Under the pieces are notes generated by a model, which was given only the letters and a program-made list of their open reading frames with translations, was not told the DNA's origin and ran no database searches. From Raillietiella orientalis (Eukaryota), in the NCBI GenBank assembly GCA_036172245.1, contig JAYWIR010000016.1, forward strand, positions 620,001 to 684,000: 64,000 bases of DNA, written 5' to 3'. How positions within the stretch are numbered: position 1 is the first letter of the stretch; the number at the start of each line of letters is the position of its first letter. This document shows positions 23,001-35,000 of this stretch, piece after piece. The position numbers were made by a program, and so were the translations under genes.

Positions 23001-26000
23001 CGCTGGCGAAGACAGGGCTCCCGGCGGCGGCTCTCCTGAGAGTCTTCCGCCTCCGCCCGGAACGGCGCTGTCGGCCTGGTAAAATGAGAGGAGTTTCGGA
23101 GGAGGTTCCGGAAGAAAGCGCGCGTAACCTTCGATCTCACGCGGGGCGCAGAAGCGAGGAGGAGGGGGAGAGAGCTGCTCGGCTGCCCACGCCTTAAACG
23201 GAGGAAGGACACGCGGGCCTCATGGGAGAACCGCGTCTTGACTCTGGCACGGACGGAGCTCTGTGGATCGCCGGACTCGTGGATGAGAGCCGAGAGCACG
23301 CCTTGCTGTGGTTCCCCGAGAATTCACAGATTGAGGATTTCCAATGATTTCTGAAGAGACGCCACCCGAGAGGACCCGAGATGGAATTCTGGAACTACCC
23401 CCCTCTCTCTCCTACTTGCCCGAGCGCGTTATCAAGGAAAGGGACCCACGGGTTTTTTTGTCCCGATCGTGAGCGCGGATTCCGTTGGCGGTCAGCTGAA
23501 AGTCGCTCCGTTCCCCTCCGAATGCAACCCAACGACGATGATGACGGCAGGAGGTTTCCCGGGAAGATGAGCCGTCCGTCTCGGTGTCAAGAAGCAATGA
23601 AAACCGGGAGATAAATCCACACACGGAATGGAAAAGGCAAAAAATGTATGCATCCTTTAAAATCTCTTTAAAGGACGCTCCCAGGGACCCCCTGCTGCAG
23701 CGTCATAAAAACAAACACAGAGAACGATTCAAAGGAGTCCCGGAGAGAGGGGCTGCCATGTTTCCTTTAAAATTCCTTGATGAATGATGCTCTGCTGCTT
23801 CCGATATTAAAAGTGGCTCGTTATCAGGCGTCGCACCAGGACAACCTCTTTTCGAAACGGGGAATACCTTTATTAGGACGTCGGGCATCCGTCACGTCTC
23901 CCGGCTGGCAAACAGGCGCGCGCAGGAGGAGACTCTCGGGGCACGCGAGGCGTGGGCACACAGCAGGCGCACGAAAGGGGGAATGGAGCCCCGTGCTGGG
24001 AACACTAGAGTCCATTATTAGCGAGCGCGACACACCTTCCGGCCAGCCGAGGCTGCTCCGAGTGGGGGGGGAGCACCGCTGCACGCTGGACCCGCCAACG
24101 CCGAAGCGGGGTCACACCTTCATCGGGCCCGACGTCGCCGCGGATGAATCGCCGACGGTGGCTCCTCACCACCAGCATCCGAAGGAGGACAGAGGAGCTG
24201 GAGGGTCCTCTGTGGGAAAGACCGCCGCAAACGGAACAGAACGGTTGACAAAGATGGTTCTCCAGTCTCCTCTATCGGCAGCGCCCGATGAACCGGCCGT
24301 ACCCGCGGCATTCATCTTTCAGCTGTACTTCATAGATAGATGAATACGCACTCGTCTCTTCTTTCCCTTCCCCCCCCTTCTTCCCCATCCCTCTCCTCAA
24401 ACACACACACACATACAGGCTCCTTGGAAAACTGTTGGGGAGGAGATTTTTCACTCTTGCATCTCACATCGGGAGCTTCCCGGAAGAGAATTTGCGCTCC
24501 CGTCACCTTGGATACGAAACACGGGAAGCGTTCCCAGGCGGCGTCCATGGTGGTTGATGGTCCCTGCCATCTCGCTAGAGCTCGATTTGCTAGAGGAGGC
24601 TGCGAAGAAGCGCTCGCCGGCTCAAAGGGAATTTTCGAATCTCCGGGAAGTTTAGACGTTGAAGACAGAGCACCCGGCGATCGGTAAGCGAACTGAGGGG
24701 GAGGGGGAAGGAGGCGGAGGATAGGAACACGCGGGAGACGCGGGAGACGGGAGACGCTCTGCGTACGCGCTTGAAGTCCAGGAAGCCTTCCGCGGGAGCA
24801 CGTGCCGAAGAGAGAGCGGCGTCTTGTATCGGGAGAAACTCCGGAGGATGTCATCTGAGAGCTTTCAGGTGCCTCCTTCCGCGGTTGACCCGAGTCCCTT
24901 CTTTCACCACGCCGGTTCGGCCACGGACGACCTGACCAGTGTCACGCATGGGGCGGGCGCGTTTTGCAGGGAGCCTCGTTTCCTCCCATTCTGACCGCCT
25001 TCTGGCAGGAGGTCAACCTTTTCCGACGGTCCGTCGTTTCCAGAAGTCAAGCATCTCTTATTCAGTGGTCCGAGATTATCCCGAGGTCAGGCAGCAGCAG
25101 CGGAATTTCAAAGGGGTCCACGGAATGCTGTATCTCTTCCGTGGTTGTTTTGCTTTCCGCAGGACTTCGTGGAGCGTGTGGAGCGAACCCAAGAGTGTCA
25201 TCCTCTTCCTGCATTCCCCCTACCGCCTTCCGAAAACCTCGAAAAGCGGATGAGACTCTCTCGATTCGTTGCCCTCTCGCAGGACCCCGTTGTCTGAATC
25301 CATTCGGAATAGGTCCTTGTTTGTCTTGTCTCGAAGTGTCCTTGTTTCCTGAAGGACGCTTCGAGAAAACACCGGATTCTCCTCCTTCTTATGGGATTTC
25401 AGCTTGAAAAAAAAAAAAAAAAAAAACTGCACAAGGGCTGATATCTGCAAGAAAAAAACAAAACAGAACAGCAGCCCACGGATTACTTGACACAGGAAGG
25501 ATGATGGAATTCTGGAGCAAGGTACTTCGCGGTGCAGCAACCACCGGAGATGTCCTTGCGTTTCCGACTTCAGCTTTACTCTCCATTGCCGATGCAGCTG
25601 TCTTCCTTGGTGACTTCCTAACACAACCAGCGTGCGCTCGTTCTCATCCGCTGGCCCCGGTTTTGCGGGGGAAATTCCCTTTTTTTTTCTTTTTTTGGGG
25701 GGGGGTTCTCATCCAGGCGAAGTGGGTGTTTCATCCCGTCTGAAGTTTCTGGAACTGTTTTTCTTGAGTCAACCCCGGCGGATCTCTTCCACGAAGCTCG
25801 GTAGAACTTCCGCATCCACAAGAGATCTTTCCGAGTTTGGCACATGCGCTGGCATGGCCCTATGAAAACGCGAACATCTGCAATCCCTGCTTTCCGTGAC
25901 TGGAAGGAGGCTCCATGAATTGACCCAGGGTCTTCGCTCGCTCCTTGCTCTCGCACCAGCACGGACGCAGGAAGAGCGACATGATCAAGTGGAAGACGGA

Positions 26001-29000
26001 GCAAGATCGTGCACGACCAAGGGGATAAAGAGGCACCGCATCCCCCTGCTGGATTCCGTGGAAGAATGTGATGTGCAAATATGACACTGGAAGAGGCTGT
26101 GATCCGCCTGTGCTGCACCCAGAAGCATCGCGAGCCAAGAGGCCGAGAGGTGACGTCGCGATCGAGCGCGACAGCGAGTGCTCGAGCCCTTGGCGTTTCC
26201 CTCTGACCCTTCGTTTGCTGGTGCTGGTGGTTTGGTGTGTGCTGGGGTCTCAAACCGGGGTGGTGGCGTCAATCGCCGATTACCATCGATCCCACTTGGC
26301 GCCTTGGAAACCAGCGAGTCCGATCACTGCCTGAAGCGCAGATGCGTGTTTCGCTGACCTTTGCTTCTTTGCCTAAGAAGGGCGTTCATCGAGATGAAAA
26401 TTCAGACGACACGGGGACATCCTTTCCTTCCTCACGGGAGGAGCGAATTGAAAATCGCTGAAAAACTCGGTGGTGAGATGCCCACTGGCGTCACCAAGCA
26501 TCGAGAGTGCACTGAACCGCTGCTGGATCGAGTGCCTTGGAAGAAGACCCCCACCACCGGGAATCGCTTCCGATCGGATCGTGACAAGGATGAGCGGAAA
26601 ATGGACCGGGAATCGCTTCCGATCTCCCTCCATGTCCTCATGCGCTGCGTTGCTCCGCAGCGGCGAAATGACCTGCTCGTATCTCAGCAGCGCACGGTGC
26701 TCATATCGACCTTCCTCCTGGTAGTCTCATCCGCGAGACTGCAACTTCCCCTCACTGCTCCTCTTCCTTCATTCAGTAAGGAATCGATGATACCGTGTAA
26801 GTGATGATTTGGTGTACTGGACCTCGGTGTCGCTGTTTGATGCAGCAACGTCACAGAGCTGTTTCAGCCCTCGATTTTCCACTTATATTTCTTGCTCATC
26901 CTTTTTTATTGTTTGCTGCCCCTCGGCACCTCTTTTCTGTCGTGGTCACCAGCTTTTCTCGATCCGATCCATCCAATCTTCTCGAGATCAACTTGGTAAT
27001 CTTTGCCAGCTCGTGTCGCGTTCGGAGGACTCATGGATGCCCGGAGAGCATTACGTGCGTACCATCCACGTTGCTAATGGTGACTGCCAACTTTGCAAGG
27101 CATTCGGCTCACGCTCGCAGGCAAAATACCGCATTTTCTTTTTCTTATGATCTGCTGTCGAGATTCGATCTTCGGTGTTGCGAACTGTTCCCACCAAGGT
27201 CATTCTGTAACCTACGGGTCCCGCAGACGTCCAGGAACTTGCGCTCGCACGTTTGGTCCATCATCTGCCTACTGCCTTCATAGGAAAAGTGCTCAACACA
27301 CTTCACTTTTATACGTGCATATGCTCGCCTTCAACATATAAAAAATATGCTTCCTTGTGGTTATTAGTAAAACGGTACTGTGCACTCCCGGATGCAAAGC
27401 ATCACGTCTGCGCATACGCCTTCTCGCTGAGCGATGCAAATACATGTGCGACTTGCGCATGCGCATGCTTGGTGTTTCTCGCTTGCATTTGAATGTGTGT
27501 AGGTATGTTTACATGCACTGTACACACATTACATTGCAGCCTAACGATCACATCGAGTGGATGCATCTCCATGATTGAAATTAGATTTTCCGAATGGAAA
27601 TCATGCGGTGGAATTCATTAACTTTTGCACAGCTCTCAGCCGTCGCAGGATTCTTATTAAAAAGCCATTTTAGCTCATCCCACCGAGAAACCACGTCTGT
27701 TTGGGTTCCTGCATTACTACAAACCTCGCAGACCAATTAACGGCACCTGCAAATCTGGAAAGTCATTTCCGGCCACGGAGCTGTACTGGGAGATTAGCTC
27801 CAAAAACGTGAGTATTCGAGATCTGGCAACCCGCTGTTTTTTCCCCTCGGAGTCTGTGCGCGCGCGATCCTGGAGCTCGCGGAGCTGTTAAAGCAAAGTA
27901 CTATTTGCAACCAAGGATTGCTTAATTACCAGTGTCTGTAATCTGGGGAGAGGAAAACCTTCTCCTTTTGGATGTTTGGTTTACGGCGTACCCACAGCGA
28001 AGCACGCGGAGTGCCCGATGAGGACGCGGTCCGGCCGCCGCCGATGTTCCACAGATTGCGAGCGAAAACTCCTGTGATTGTCCCGGAAACGCGAGAGCGG
28101 AGCCATGCGTAATTCGGGAGTTCCTCGTGCTGGTCCCGCGAGATGCTGCTTCAAACGAACCGGGAAACTCTTCGCGATGCCGTCGAGCATCTCCGCAGCG
28201 TTCGGTTCCACTCCGCGCCGGCGGGATCCCAATCCGGCGTCCACTCCAGCAAGAAATCGTTCCCTGCGCGAGCTTCGGGAATCGGGCAAGGTGCATCTTC
28301 GTGCCCATTCGTGCATCTTCGCGGGCTCGCGCCAGGCATCTTCGGGTTTTCAAAAGAACTGGGGATCCGGATGATTGGGAAACCCCCTCCCCCCCCCCCC
28401 TGTCGGCATAATCAGCAATTACGGTGTAATACCTACTTGCGATGCAGCGGTGATTCGAAGCCAGCAGGAAATTCGTCTCTGAGATTCCGGGAGGAGGGCG
28501 CGATCCGTATCCAAAACGCATCACGACGGCAACGAATCCGAGCCCACTCATTCCTCCGCGGGGAGAAACGCAAATCCGGCAGCGGAGGTTGCAGCTAAGG
28601 ATGCTGGCGAATTCCGAATGCGGCTTCAGCGCCAAACCTAAGCTGCACTCGACGCGAGTAGATCCCGGATTCCCTTTTAAACGCTTGGCTCCATTTGGAA
28701 GATTTCCTCCGCGGATCTCATTCGTCGGGGTCGCTGCGATCCTCGTGGCATCCCCAATCACGGATGCACGGCGAGGTCCCTCCGCGTCGGTGCCCGTCGC
28801 TGTTGCGACATCGTGGCTGCACGAAGAGACGAACGGGGCGTGGGGAGGGGGGAACCATCGCAGACCACAGGACGCCTGAGTCCTGGGCACCGAGGATGCG
28901 ATCGCGAGGCGATTCGCCGTGGGACATTTCAGCTGCAGACCCCCGCGTAGCATATCTGCGCAAGATATTCGGAAACTTGCACGTGCTGTCTTCCGCGTGC

Positions 29001-32000
29001 ACTCAAGGACGTTCGGATGACAGATAGACATGATAAGCGTGCACTAGAGATTCTTGATCGAAGGAACAGGAAGACAAAAAAAATAAAGGAAGGAAGGATG
29101 GAATTGCGCGATACGATTCCTTGGTGGAACGTTACCGAGGTAATCCCTGACTTTAGCATGCAGAGGGAATGTGTTTTGTCTTTCTGATCTTTTGTAAAAC
29201 CAACCACTGCTGGAGCATGTGGGACAAAAGGAAGAAGAAAAAAAAACACCCGTTTTCTGAGGAAGCAAATGACCTGCCAGGCTTCTTCCGTCACCCCTTA
29301 CAAAGCCAAAGTACGAACTCTGCTCACCCCACCGGCAAGGTGGATTGCGAGAGGTCGTCCCGCCGGCGGTGAGCAGCTCTCGAAGCCGGCTCCGCCGTCG
29401 TCCAGCATGCTGTTGAGGAAGGAGTTCACCCCAATTCCACGTGCAGCCTTCCTTCGTGTGTCGCCGAAAGCCCAGCATGGCCTCAAGCCACAAGAGGCAT
29501 CGCCGCCCTCGGACTCGTCGTCTACGTCGATGGCGAACTTCTTAGGAGCCTCGCCTTTAGGATTTTCCCCCCGAAATAAAACCGAGCAGTGGTAGGCTTG
29601 GCCAGTGGTCGACCGGTCTCCTCAACGCGATCCCTCTGTCCGAGCTGCCGTTCCTTCTCTCCGGGACGAACAAAAAAAAAAAATCCCCTCGCGCCGAAAA
29701 TTCCCTTGCCGCCACCTCGAACGCATCTTCCTTTAGGCGCCTTCCTTATGGCAGCGGCAAGCGATGTCAGTTCGCTCCCTCTGTGCAGTCGCACTACGTT
29801 TTTCCCTGCGACCTCCGCCCTCCCTGGGCTTTCCAAGAGTCCTGGCCGTCCACGGGGTGCAGTTCGATCCCTGAGGGAAAGCGACCCCTCCTTCGACGAG
29901 TGTTCAGCTGCCGCCTTGCGAACCGACCCGCGGATTCTGCTGGCCAAGCAGCGAAAAGGACCCTTCGGTCTCTCAAGGATTCGAGTCGGCCCCGACGGGA
30001 GGCGGGGGTTAGGAGAAGGAGGATAGGGAAACACGCGCGGTCCCGTTGCCGCTCGCGAGATTCGATTGGGGGGAGGGGGGCGAACCGTTTCCCTCCGGGG
30101 TCGTGTGCCGCCGGTTCCTCCAGTCTGCCGCACGTCGAGTTTTTCGAAATTGCACTCGGCTGCGCGCCCGTGTCGGAGAGCAACGAGAAGCGGCGAGAAA
30201 CTTCGAGAAGGATGCGAAAGCGGACACGCCTGGGACCAATAGGGACATCTCGGGAAAGTTTCACCCGTGAACGATGGAGGTTTGGTTGCCCGTTCCAGGC
30301 AGGAATGAAGCGGCCCATCCGACGATAGGTGAAGCAGAACCGAATCAGCCGGAACTCCCGAATCGATACGGAAATGCAATTCGTAAAGTTACCAAGTTCG
30401 TGAACGAAGCCCAGAATGCATAAATCTGTGAGCCCAGAGGGATTTACCCTCAATGTGGCCGACTTATTAAATAGAATGCACGACAACTGGCTGTCATTAG
30501 CTGACAAACGATGACTACGGCAAGGGAATCTGTAGGTCCTTTTCGAATCACTGTTCCTTTTTCGTTTCTTTCTTTCTTTCTTTTTTTTTTTTTTTTTGGC
30601 AAAGCTGCGTTTGAACCACGGGTGGTGGAAACTGAATTCCATCAGTGGACCGGCACACGCACGTACGTTGCTGTATCCACACGTGGTTTATTTATTGGAT
30701 TCGCTGATTCATGTATACCTGTTTGAGTACTCGATGAACCCTGGAAGCGGACAGGGAAAGCAGACTTCTGCGGATGAACGACACGGACAAATCTTGGGTG
30801 CATCGGCTTCATGAACTCTCGGCTCCGTGCAGGTCACATGGCTGCTTATCCCCCCCCCCCCCGAATAGCCACGACTTTGGAAAAAACTTCAGAAGTAGAT
30901 CTGCAAAACTACAAAAAGTAAATAGAACACAGCAGTGCAAATAGCTCTTCCTCTTGCAGACACCTAAATGAGAACCAAAAGCTTTCCTCTTTGGTGCCGA
31001 TGCACTCGAATGAGTCCGCCACCGTGTCGATACGATTCCTCGGAAACAAAACCGGCTATCAGGAGTGGAAAGCATTGCCCGAGAGCAGCTGGAGATGTTT
31101 CTCCGGAAGACTCTCCTCCTGACGCGAGAAGGCTCGACCGTTCCGAGCCGCCGGAATCTCTCCATCTTCCGGAAGAAGAAGAGGAAGAAGCAGTAGCTCC
31201 AGGCTTCCATCCCGCAAACCGTGGGGGGGCTGCTGCAGAGACCGGATGCGAATGCTGAGAGCAGAAGTGCCGGCCAGAGCAACCGACGCCCGAGACAGAG
31301 GGAGCGCATCTGCCGCTGTTCCACGCATGCTCGGCACAACGCCCATCTCGCCGGACCGAATGCTCCGTGCTCGTGCATGATCGGTGCCCATCTGCAGAAA
31401 ATAAGTCTGCAGAGGAATAGCGACGGATCAACCGTTCAGAAAAGGAGGAGAGAAACCCGGGCCTGGGACTGCGGAAAGATACTGCGCAGCATCGCACCAG
31501 TAGTTTGGAGTCATCCTGGGCTCGACTTTCCCGTTACGTGCCATGAAACCAGGAAGGGAGCAGAAGACGACACCGCGCGGCCTCGCTTTTTCTCCTGGAC
31601 CAAATTTCCGCTTTTTTCCTCTGATAACTGCAGCTTGCGTTATCTGCACAAAATTAAGCTGAGGAGAGACCCACGCCCGATAGGCATTCCGACCTCTGCG
31701 AGCTATTATTTGTGAATGCAGAATGAAAAAGAGCGATCAGAGAAGATGATGGTGATCTTCCGTTTCAATGGAGCATCATGTCCTTGAAAAATGCCTTCCC
31801 AGAGCTTGGTCGAACTGTACTTGAAAGGAATTCATCACAGGGCAGCGACTCAGATAATCGAATTCCGTCAGAACACTCATCCCACTATTCCCATTTTTGC
31901 TTCGTGATTCCAGATAAAATGATGGACTGCTGAATGTGCATTCATCCATAAAATACACGATTTTTCGGAGGAGATTTCCATCGGGTCAAGTGTACCATGA

Positions 32001-35000
32001 AACTCGAGTTGATTCGCACAGATTGCGAACGACAGTGTCACGCGGGAAACGTCACTGCCGATGTGTCTGTACGGTACGCGAATCCGCGAGTGCAACCGCT
32101 GGCTTAGGTGAGTTGAGGGACCGTGGTCTGCTGCCGTTTCCGTGCTGCATGCGGCACCGCGGATCTCTGGCTCAAAGGCTCGAAGATCTGCGGGGAGATC
32201 GAGACCTTGCGCGACCGGTAAAGGACGATGTGCTTGGGAAGAATCGGAGCTCAGGTCAACAGGAGCTCCTGTGAACTTCCGGACGAGAGAAGCATTCCCA
32301 TGCACGATTCACAAGGAGGTACTGAATACGCGAAGATGGCGCCGCAACGAGCCATCAAGAGGACAGCTTCTCTTGAGGAATCAGAGGAGCCACCAAGCGG
32401 GCGAACGACAAGGCCGTCCGTGCATTTTTCCAGGAAGGGATAAGTAATGACCAATCTTGGTGAGGAAATTCACAGATGGAGAGGTGGATGAAATGATTCG
32501 GGAAGCGGACATTGATGGTGATGGGCAAGTCAATTATGAAGAATTTGTCACCATGATGACCTCGAAATGAGAAAAAAATGTTGCTGTTTTTCCATTTCTC
32601 CAGTTTACATTTTATTTGTCATCATAACAAACATTAAAATCCATCAGCCATTCAATGGGACGCAGAAGAGGCTGCTTTCCTTGACTGACAGAAATAGGTT
32701 GATGCACGCGTGCCGCTCAGAGTCCTCTCAGAGAGCTCCTCCACGTGCAGCAGACTGAGAGAACTCAAAGGCACAGAGGTGTGGGAGTCCGTCCAAGACC
32801 AGAGAAGTCCAAATTGCAAATTCCACCTTTCTGCTGTAAGCGCTCCCAAGACGAAGCGCTGCTGGAGACTCGAATCCAGCCTCATCCAAGAGAGGCTCCA
32901 GCCCGGCTTCGATTTTTCCTGTATGCCTTCACGATGCAGACCGGAGCAAGAGAGCAGATGCTGGTGCAGCAGAGCAACTGAAGATGCTCCTGCCATCCGC
33001 AGCAGCGCGGCTCTGCTATTCTCTCCCTTCTGTTTTCGCGGTGTTCCTCCGTACAGCACGGAGGCCGGAAATCTGATACACCGCATGCCTCGGGTTCGTG
33101 CTGGAAGGCAGGAGAAACCACCACCGGATGAAAAAAGAGGGCAAGGTCACAAACCGGAGTATCTGAATTTGAATAAGGAAGGCGTGTGCAAGACAAGAGG
33201 CAACACTCCCTGCACAACTGACGCCCAAAGTTGCTTCTCTTGACTTCTTTTCTCCTAATCGGTATTGCGGGATTATCGCAAAAGAGCGAACCGGGAAATG
33301 CTCCTAGGATGCATTGCATCCAGCTTGTTTGGACTGCGGAGACCGTGGATCGCGTGGCCTCCTGCGGAACGGTTGCTACGCAGCGATCGCTGAGAGTTAC
33401 CGAGCTTTCTCCACCTCAGGGGGTTCCAGTTCTGCCCTCTGACTCCGGTGTCTTCAGCCTACGGGAAGGTATCCACGAAGTGCTGGTAGCGGAGGGGAAA
33501 AGTGATCTCTCCCGGCCTGCTGGTTTGCCGTTCCCATGCTTTCGGACCCTCTTCGGAGAGCGAGCCGCTTCCCTCGCACCCTCCGCGTTCGGATCCGTCG
33601 GCTGCTCTCGCAGGCCACGGGCACCGGCCGGTGGGACCAGCTATCCTCGATTTCCGGTCTCCGCAGCACGTGCAGCTTCCCTCGCTCGTTCGTTTATCAC
33701 AGCCGAGATGCCACGTGAAGGACGCGCGCCGGCGTTTCCAGCTTGATTCGTGGGAAGCAGGGTTGTTGACAAAGTGGGGATTCACTGCTGTCGTCAGGGA
33801 AACGTCTAGACGCGCGAGCGCGCTTCCGAGCCTTCTGTACCGGTTCCAAAAGGATGGCCGGGATAACTTTTCAGCTCTGCAGCCTCCCGAGTCCGAAAAG
33901 AACGTTGGGATGCCTTTCAAAGGAGAACGCGTAGAGGCGCCTTTAGGGAAGCATGCTGGTCAGCAGCGAAGACGAAGAGGAACGACTACTGAGTGTTCCT
34001 CTAGGGAACCATTTCGACAAGACCTGATGAAGGTTCTCCTCAGGGCAAAACCTTTGGATGGAAGGACAGAAAATCACTTCCTCTTCACATCTCCGATGGG
34101 ATTTGAGCTGCTTCCGAAATGCACAGCATGAGGGAGGCACGGGGACTCCTGTTGCTTGCCGCGCTCATGGGGATCATCTCCTACACAGCCAGGTTCCGGA
34201 TGATGTAAAGCGCCTCAGCAGAGCGACTCCGCTGCATCTGGATTGCTCTTGAAGTTCGTACTCTCCCGGAGACAGATGTTTCTTTGAGGGTGGATGCATT
34301 GCTGCCTTCGCAGCGGGGTATTTTGCGCCCTCCGGACGACTCCGTTTCGGAATGATCCCTCTTCAGCGTTTCCAGGCAACAATGGCGAAACCTCAACGAA
34401 TCGCCCGAAGATTTATCTGTCCATTTGCTGGAGTCGAAGCGGTCACGGTCTGTCGAGCAGGCAGCAAGGTACTCCCGAGGAAACTGAGCTGCCATGCACG
34501 CAGCTTGGAAACTTATCAAACCTTGAGGAGGAACGGGAAAGGCACAGAGTTCGAGTCGCGTGGGGCAACGCTCGCAGAATTCTCAAGAGGGGCGGCGTGT
34601 CCCGCGGTGCCGTCGGCGAAAAATCTCTCCAGCTGCCTCCTCCTTTACGTGCTCCGGCCAGCCTTCAGAAGCATCGCAGTGATATACTCAGCGGAACCGG
34701 TGGGCAGGAAGAACGGAAAGTCCCAGAAGATCCGGAAACAAAAGGCAACCTGGGACAGAACTCAACCACCGAGAAGTCGGAAAGGAAACTGGGATTCCTT
34801 GAGGCGATTTCCTCATGAGATTGAGCCTATTCACGAGCTAATGGCCCATTAGCTTTCAGGGAGGCGAACCGCTCATGCGGCATCGCCAGAGGCAAAGCTT
34901 GCCTGCGTTTTCCATCTCAACTGAGGATGCAATGACGGCGCAGGGATGCTTGCTTGAAGCCACTCTGGATCGTTTGACTTCCTCCTGAGACCAGTAGCTT

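Noticed and set aside
26556..26624. CRISPR-like repeat-spacer-repeat
   Set aside because: Only two 20-bp copies, no cas genes, eukaryotic intronic context.
27922..29031. 369-aa antisense ORF in Beat intron 4 as a nested gene
   Set aside because: No protein-like motifs, crosses a C-homopolymer, and its composition reflects GC content.
32444..32570. Functional nested calmodulin gene
   Set aside because: Frameshift, substitutions at highly conserved residues and no upstream calmodulin exons found in the window.
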